A stretch of DNA of 64,000 nucleotides from the human T2T-CHM13v2.0 reference genome, Homo sapiens. The notes under the pieces are model-generated. The model had not been told where the DNA came from. It made no database searches and saw only the letters and a program-made list of their open reading frames with translations. Both the position numbers and the translations under genes were made by a program. This document shows, one piece after another, positions 57,705 to 64,000 of this stretch. How positions within the stretch are numbered: the first letter of the stretch is position 1; each line of letters starts with the position of its first letter. The stretch is taken from assembly GCF_009914755.1 (NCBI RefSeq), contig NC_060926.1; one strand, written 5' to 3'.

Positions 57705-58239
57705 GACAGGCAGAATTTATGTGCTTAACAGCTGGGAGAAAATGAAGACATGTAGTCGAAAATCCAGATGCTTTCAAATATATATTCAATTATTTAACGT
57801 TAGATGAATCATAGAGATAAATTTTAAAAGTTTTTTTAAATTTTCTAATGGTTGATGCTTATTTTGTAGATACAAATATGCTATATATACTCAGAGTCAA
57901 CAATGTTTAAGAACAAGCTAATAGTTTTTGGCTTGGTTCAAGGAGCTAGGTGTTGGTGATACTAAGTTATAAGAATAGTATGAATAGAGATCTAAATAAA
58001 CTTTAGGAATTAAAGGTAACAAATGATTTTATAAGAAGTTTTTCTAGCATGAACACTTACAGAATGACTTGCTTGCCCCAGCTCGCCTGGGAATAATATA
58101 TGGTGAGCCATTACCAAAAAGTGTGAATTGTATTTATTATTCTGGCTTGGGGAGAAGGTTGGTTGGTAGGTCTTGTTCTTTTGTTTCTTGAAAGGTAGAA
58201 TTGGTTTAGAGACAGAATAATATATTGTAGACAAAGCAG

Positions 58240-58456
58240 CTATTCTGAAGTCAGGCTGGCGTGGGCACTAATTCCATCTGCTATTTAGCAGCTATGTAAT
58301 TTGTGCAAAGTCGCTTCACCTGTGAGGTGGTCGCTTTCCTATTTGCAAAATAGGAATAATAGTACATACTTCATGAGTCTGTTTGCAGTAATTAAATGAG
58401 TTAATGTGGTATAATGACAGATGCAGGGAAGGCACTCAGTAAATGCTAGTTCCCTT
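58240..58456 (+). mobile_element. MIR
   Basis: tttcctatttgcaaaataggaataatagtac...attaaatgagttaatg...gcactcagtaaatgctag. Confidence 0.75.
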
Positions 58457-61400
58457 CACTGGAAAACATCAAGAAAGGTTCATTTGCTCAGCCAAGAACT
58501 AGAAAGTTATCTTGATTAAACCTTAGGGAACTCGTGTAGAATTTATTGGGTGTCAGAAAAATGTGTGTGTAACCAGTGCTACCTGACTTTTGTCAAATTA
58601 CTGTAACGTGTTGACTCTAGTAGACAAGCAAGGACAAAGAGATGACATAAAATATCCGTTACTCTTAAAGAAAAGTAGGAAACTAATCAAGGAAGTCAAC
58701 TGAAAGAATAAATTATAATTCCATCCCAAGTTTGGGCAGATTTATTTCCATTTTTGAAGGAAAGTAGTTGTATCAGTGAATAGATGGAAGGGTCAACAAT
58801 ACAAAGATGAAGAAGGGACCAAATCATAGTAATGGGGCAATAAATCCAGAGCATCTGAGAAAGCCAGAAACAAAAATATAAAAATCTACAAAAGTCATAT
58901 GTCTGACTTTGTTTTTGAAGCAGATGTTATTGTGGATAGATGGCAAATCCTCAGCACAACGTGAATAATTGTGTCTTTTGCTGCATAGGAAATGCTGATT
59001 TATTATTTGGGAGATTTTTATTAAGAAATTTAATCTAAGTTTGGTAGAAAACAAGGACAAGTGATTAATAATCAAACTGAAGGATGAAAAAAGGGACAAA
59101 GCAAGTTTAAATAAAGGAGTAAAAATAAGGCAGAAACTTATTTAAGGAATCCAGGCTAAATTATGACCTTCAAGCCTGCATAAGTAGCTCTAAACAAGAA
59201 TAGCAATTAGTGAGGTAATGGCCTAATATTTAGGAAACCAATAACTTTTCTTCTGTATGTATTCTGGGGGTATACATACCAGCACAATGATATAAAATAA
59301 TTAGTTGTTAAAACTGAATGAGTTTTACCTTAAAGTCAGGACAAAAATAAGCCAAACAGCTCATGCATATACGTATAGTTTGTGTCATTTAATTTGTACA
59401 TGAATCCAGCTTGGAAAAAAAAAGGAGCAACACTAAATGACTACGGGAAGTCTGTAGGAAACTACAGAAGCAGAACATAATAGGAATGGTGAAGACAGTA
59501 AAGAAATTTAAGAAGGAACAATTCCTGGAAGACATTTTAAGTCTGAGATGTGATCCCTGATGTTGTATACATCAAGGGAGGAAGTCAATGTTACCCTCTG
59601 AGAAAGGCAGATGAGGGCCAAGGAATGGAAGATAATGATTTGTGAAGATTTTATGGAAAATAGTACAATTGAATGTTCTTTGAGAGCAGAGATCATCAAC
59701 AGTATGTGCTTGGTGTCTCATTTGGTGTTTTTTGAATAATCCTAATTCTAGAAATTAAAACTGAAAGGAGATGGTATGGAGTAGAAAAAAAACTGTAGTT
59801 CTCTATTATTTAAATAATTTTTTTTTATGATGCCACCTACATGTTTAAACCAAGTCTTGGGAACTCAACTCTCTGATATTTCCAGATTCTTGCTTTATGC
59901 TATTGGTATGTTTCTTTTTCTACTTTTTGTCCACATGAGACTGAAAAATTGATTAAGAGAATCACTGTTTAGACAAATACTTGTGGAGTTGTTCACAAAT
60001 GTGGTGCCACGCCTGTGACAAGGTTTGCTTTTAGAATTTAAGCATGCAATTAGTAAGGGAAGAATATGGAAGGTGCTGAGGAGTTAATCATAAATGGGCT
60101 TAGTGAACACCAAATGAGTGGCTCTCAATATCTGCCTTCGTCATGCCATGTGAAGGACGTTGAGCTACAGGCACTTACACCAACCTCTGGTACCTTCACT
60201 TCTCATCCCCCCACCATCTAATCTTTTAACGTTTCATGCACTGACCCACAGGCAGGGTAGGAAGTCATGGGGAGCCACAGGTAAACCCCTCCCAGGTAAG
60301 AGAAAATTGACTTTAACAATCAGAGTCAACTTCTAGCTCACAAAGTTTATGGACATTAACCTAGTTCAAGACCAAACCCTCAAAAGAGTTTAGTTGAAAC
60401 CACCTCATACAACTTTTAAGAGAAGTTGGGAAGCCAGGTCTGAAGAGATTTCATGATGGATGATAAAACAGTGCCTTACACAGCCCTAAGGAAAGCAAGT
60501 GAAATATCTGACATGAGAACCATCACTGTGTGCACTTAAAAGGGAGCAATGAAAATCACCCCACAAACTCCAGGAGATGCGGTTGTGGTTTAATGGCTTG
60601 TTTATGATGTTACACGGTCAGTCACGTTGACTCTGCCCACAGTTATCGTCATTATACAGAGAAACTCAGCAAATGAATTCTTCTCAGTGGAGAAACAAAC
60701 TCTTTTGCCAAATGGGGTAGTAGTTTATCTGTCATCGAGTTGCTGAAACCAATCATTATTTTTAGGACTGCTGAAATTATTTAGGAATTCCTTGTTCCTG
60801 GGTAGACAGACCTGAAACTTTCAGCTGACCTTCACCACTTCTACTATTAGGACCGTAAATCTCCCCTGAAGGCAGACAGCACTTGGGTAATTTCAGAGAG
60901 GGCAAAGGAACAGAATTATAGGTTGTCTGGGAAGGGTTGAAAGATTAGACCTCTGGAGAAAAAAATAAAATGAATCACGTTGAAGAGTAACTATTTCTTA
61001 GGGTCAAAGTTTAAATGTCTGTAATCAGTGTTTTAGTTTCACTTGCTGCTAAGATAATTAATGCTCTCAGGTCTTGGATTAATTGAAAATAAAGCATTAC
61101 ATTTAGAACAGATAATATTTATTTCAAAAAACAAAGAGAACACTCATTAAAAAAAAACCCTGCCTATGAGTCATTAAAAACATGAAGACACAAATGATCT
61201 AACTTTACTTTTCTGAAATGAGTAATTTTCCTTTTCTTTAATTAATTATAAAATCACACAATAGATTTCTTTAAAACAAGAATGGTAAACTAATATTAGG
61301 GTAGCTCCTCAACTTCTTTTTTTTAAATGCCTCTTTCTGCATGTAGCTTAATTTGTATTCTGTCTAAAGCTTTCATTTAAAGAGCCACAGAAGATTTTGG

Positions 61401-62344
61401 AAGAAATTATAGGCTTCTGATCCTACTGTCTAGGAAGGTAGTTGTAGGCCCTGTGCTTAAGGCAACTTTGAAGGAATGTATGTCATGTGTGATCTTGTGT
61501 ACACATGACTTAATCAACTGAATGGTGTGTTAAAATTGCTTTTGTACTCAGCAGCAAGTATGCCAGCATTGCATGTTTAACAATTCACTTAAATATTAAA
61601 TATTTCTGATTTAAAAAAAATTAACACAATGTGCAATAATTGGGGAGAAAGCATATAAAATATTTTGTTATATCAGAAATTCTTGTTATAGACAGATGTT
61701 TCTGTAGTCTGCCTACAATATGGGTATTTGAATCCTAGTTTTCTCTTTTCATCTGATTCAGTTATACTGGGAAGAAGATAGCGTGAACATTAGGGCTTGG
61801 GAATGGGAAAATTTTAAAATTCAAATCTTCCAGATATCACATCAAGAATTCTGTAAGTACTTGAAAGCAGTTTGATATTGCACATAAAAAAAGTATAAAG
61901 TGGAAATGAAGTAGAAATCCATGACAAAGGAAGACACCGGTGAATCAGAGAGAGATGCAAAAACATGATTATTTTCAGGTGCTTGCTGAGAGTCAGTTTC
62001 ACTGAAGAACAGTGGGCGTCTTCGTGGCTGGCTCATCCCAATCACTTCTATTGACAAGCAGGCTCTATTGCACCTGGGAGAGGTGGCTCTATCTGTTTCT
62101 CTGATAGAGAAATAGTTCTTCAACTGGCAAGTAATTCTTTAACTTTGACTCAGTTTCCTCATTATTCAACTTCTCAGAGCAATTGCGCCTTCAAATGTCA
62201 TGTGGGAAATTGCAGTGAAAATAAAATCTCTCGTTCTTACTATTGGTCTCTAAAGTGCTGTTAATCACTCCTTCTAAGCCAGGAAAGCTTAGGGAATGGT
62301 GGCCTTGATCAGAATCAAGTTAGCTGCTCCTGTAACAACGCTGG

Positions 62345-62671
62345 TTTTTTTTTTTTTGTTGTTGTTGTTGTTTGTTTGTTTGTTTTTGAGATGGAATCTC
62401 CTGCTATCATCCAGACAGGAATGCAGTGGCATGATCTTGGCTTACTGCAACCTCCGCCTCCCGGGTTCAAGAGATTCTCCTACCTCAGCCTCCAGAATAG
62501 CTGTGATTACAGGCACGTGCCACCACGCCTGGCTAATTTTTGATATTTTTAGTAGAGACGGGGTTTCACTATGTTGGCCAGGCTGGTCTTGAACTCCTGA
62601 CCTCAGGTAATCAGCCCGCCTCGGCCTCCCAAATGTGCTGGGATTATAGGCGTGAGCCACCGCACGCAGCC
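62345..62671 (-). mobile_element. AluS with compound T/(GTT)/(GTTT) tail
   Basis: Full reverse dimer; degenerate TSD caacgctgg/caaccttgg. Confidence 0.95.
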
Positions 62672-62778
62672 CAACCTTGGGTTCTAACGAGATCTTTCAG
62701 GACCCTAAGAAGGGCCCTGACATCTAGTGTATCACCACCAAGACCAGGTAGATCAGAAGCAATTATGTGGATAAAGCT

Positions 62779-62849
62779 AAAACACAACCCAAAACAACAA
62801 ACAAAAACAAAAACACACTACATTCCAAACAAAAAACAAAAACAAAAAC
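62779..62849. repeat. (CAAAA)n-like low-complexity tract
   Basis: Read directly. Confidence 0.8.
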
Positions 62850-63382
62850 CTTCATTTCTGCTAATTTTATCAGCTATCTTGAAAGAAACAATCTTTTTTC
62901 CATTATTGTTATATCACTTGGGTTCTTTGCCTTGCTTATGTTCACATTTTTCTTAAAAATGAGCTCTCTGGCATCTTAATTTTAAGGACTAGTGGCCAAA
63001 GTAGAAGTTTTGGGAGGCCCCAGAGCAGAGCTATTTCCTTGTGTGAAGACCCACCTCCGGGGAAAGACTGCCCACACAGTGACCCAAACCCAGCCATAAT
63101 GAAATAGCCAGATGTCTGCAATGATCTCAGCCCATCCACAGGTTTAAATTGTTGCTTGAATGTGTTCGGGTTTGGTTGGCTGGGCTCGTCATGTGTTTCT
63201 TGTTCTACTCTAACTCTTACTTCATCTTGTTATTATAATAATCTTCCAAAGAGCATTGTACTTCCAAGAATCTAGGTTAGATCTCTGGCTCTGAGTGACT
63301 TGATCAACACGCAAGTTATGTTTGTTTGAAAATTGCAGAGTTAAGCTCTCTATGCTTGTTAGAGCTAATTGTACATGGATAC

Positions 63383-63679
63383 TTTTTTTTTTCTTTTTTT
63401 TTGAGACAGAGTCTTGCTCTGTTGCCCAGGCTGGAGTGCAGTGGCACGATCTCGGCTCACTGCAACCTCTGCCTCCTGGGTTCAAGCTCCCACCTCAGCC
63501 TCCCGATGGCTGGGACTACAGGTGCCACACCACCGTGCCCAGCTAATTTTTGTATTTTTCAGTAGAGACAGGGTTTCACCATGTTGGCCAGACTGGTCTC
63601 GAACTCCTGACCTCAGGTGATCCGCCCACCTCGGCCTCCAAAGTGCTGGGATTACAGGCATGAGCCACTGTGCCCGGCC
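63383..63679 (-). mobile_element. AluS (Sx-like)
   Basis: Full reverse dimer; exact 14-bp TSD catggatacttttt. Confidence 0.96.
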
Positions 63680-64000
63680 CATGGATACTTTTTGTGTGTG
63701 GTGCCTGAAGCCCCATGCTAGGCATGGGATGATATTTAAATCTTTTGATAGCATGATTACTGAAGATTTAAAAGTGATTAGAAAGACTGCCCATGACCAT
63801 CAGTTCATCGACAACACTGAAGGAAGCTTGCTTTCTTAAAGGCATAGAACCGTGTGGCAAGAACTCGCAACTACTGATGTTTAGAGATCTGCTGGAATGG
63901 GTAAACTGTCTCCCTTCCCAGAGCGGTGGATAATGTCATTTGTCTGCCTGTGGGTCTTTAATTATGGAGAGGCTGCTCAGTGCACCCCAATGGCCTTACT

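Noticed and set aside
58830-59340. Possible ancient LINE or DNA-transposon remnant
   Set aside because: A-rich texture is suggestive, but I cannot match it to a family by eye; needs a Dfam HMM search

Overview
AT-rich, CpG-depleted primate genomic DNA, most likely human or another ape given the near-consensus AluY copies. It reads as intronic or intergenic. I recognise no protein-coding gene, RNA gene or CpG island. The ORF track is explained by L1 remnants, Alu/LTR sequence and chance ORFs. Much of the window is transposon fossil: a full-length minus-strand L1PA7-like element (33652-40489), several truncated L1PB/L1MA/L1M pieces, eight Alus, solo LTRs (THE1, MLT1, MER57-, LTR15-, LTR16/33-, MER73-like), L2, MIR and hAT fragments, with many nested insertions. 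I found no support for a new biological system. The best-supported oddities are mutational fossils: a 370-bp tandem duplication inside the L1PA7, apparent template-switch hairpins, a 25-nt 3' transduction tag, a four-level nested insertion topped by a young AluYc1-like copy, and a 68-bp duplication with templated filler. A few splice-site-flanked non-coding or micro-exon candidates are speculative. Repeat subfamily names come from recalled consensus sequences, not from a search, and boundaries of old repeats are approximate.
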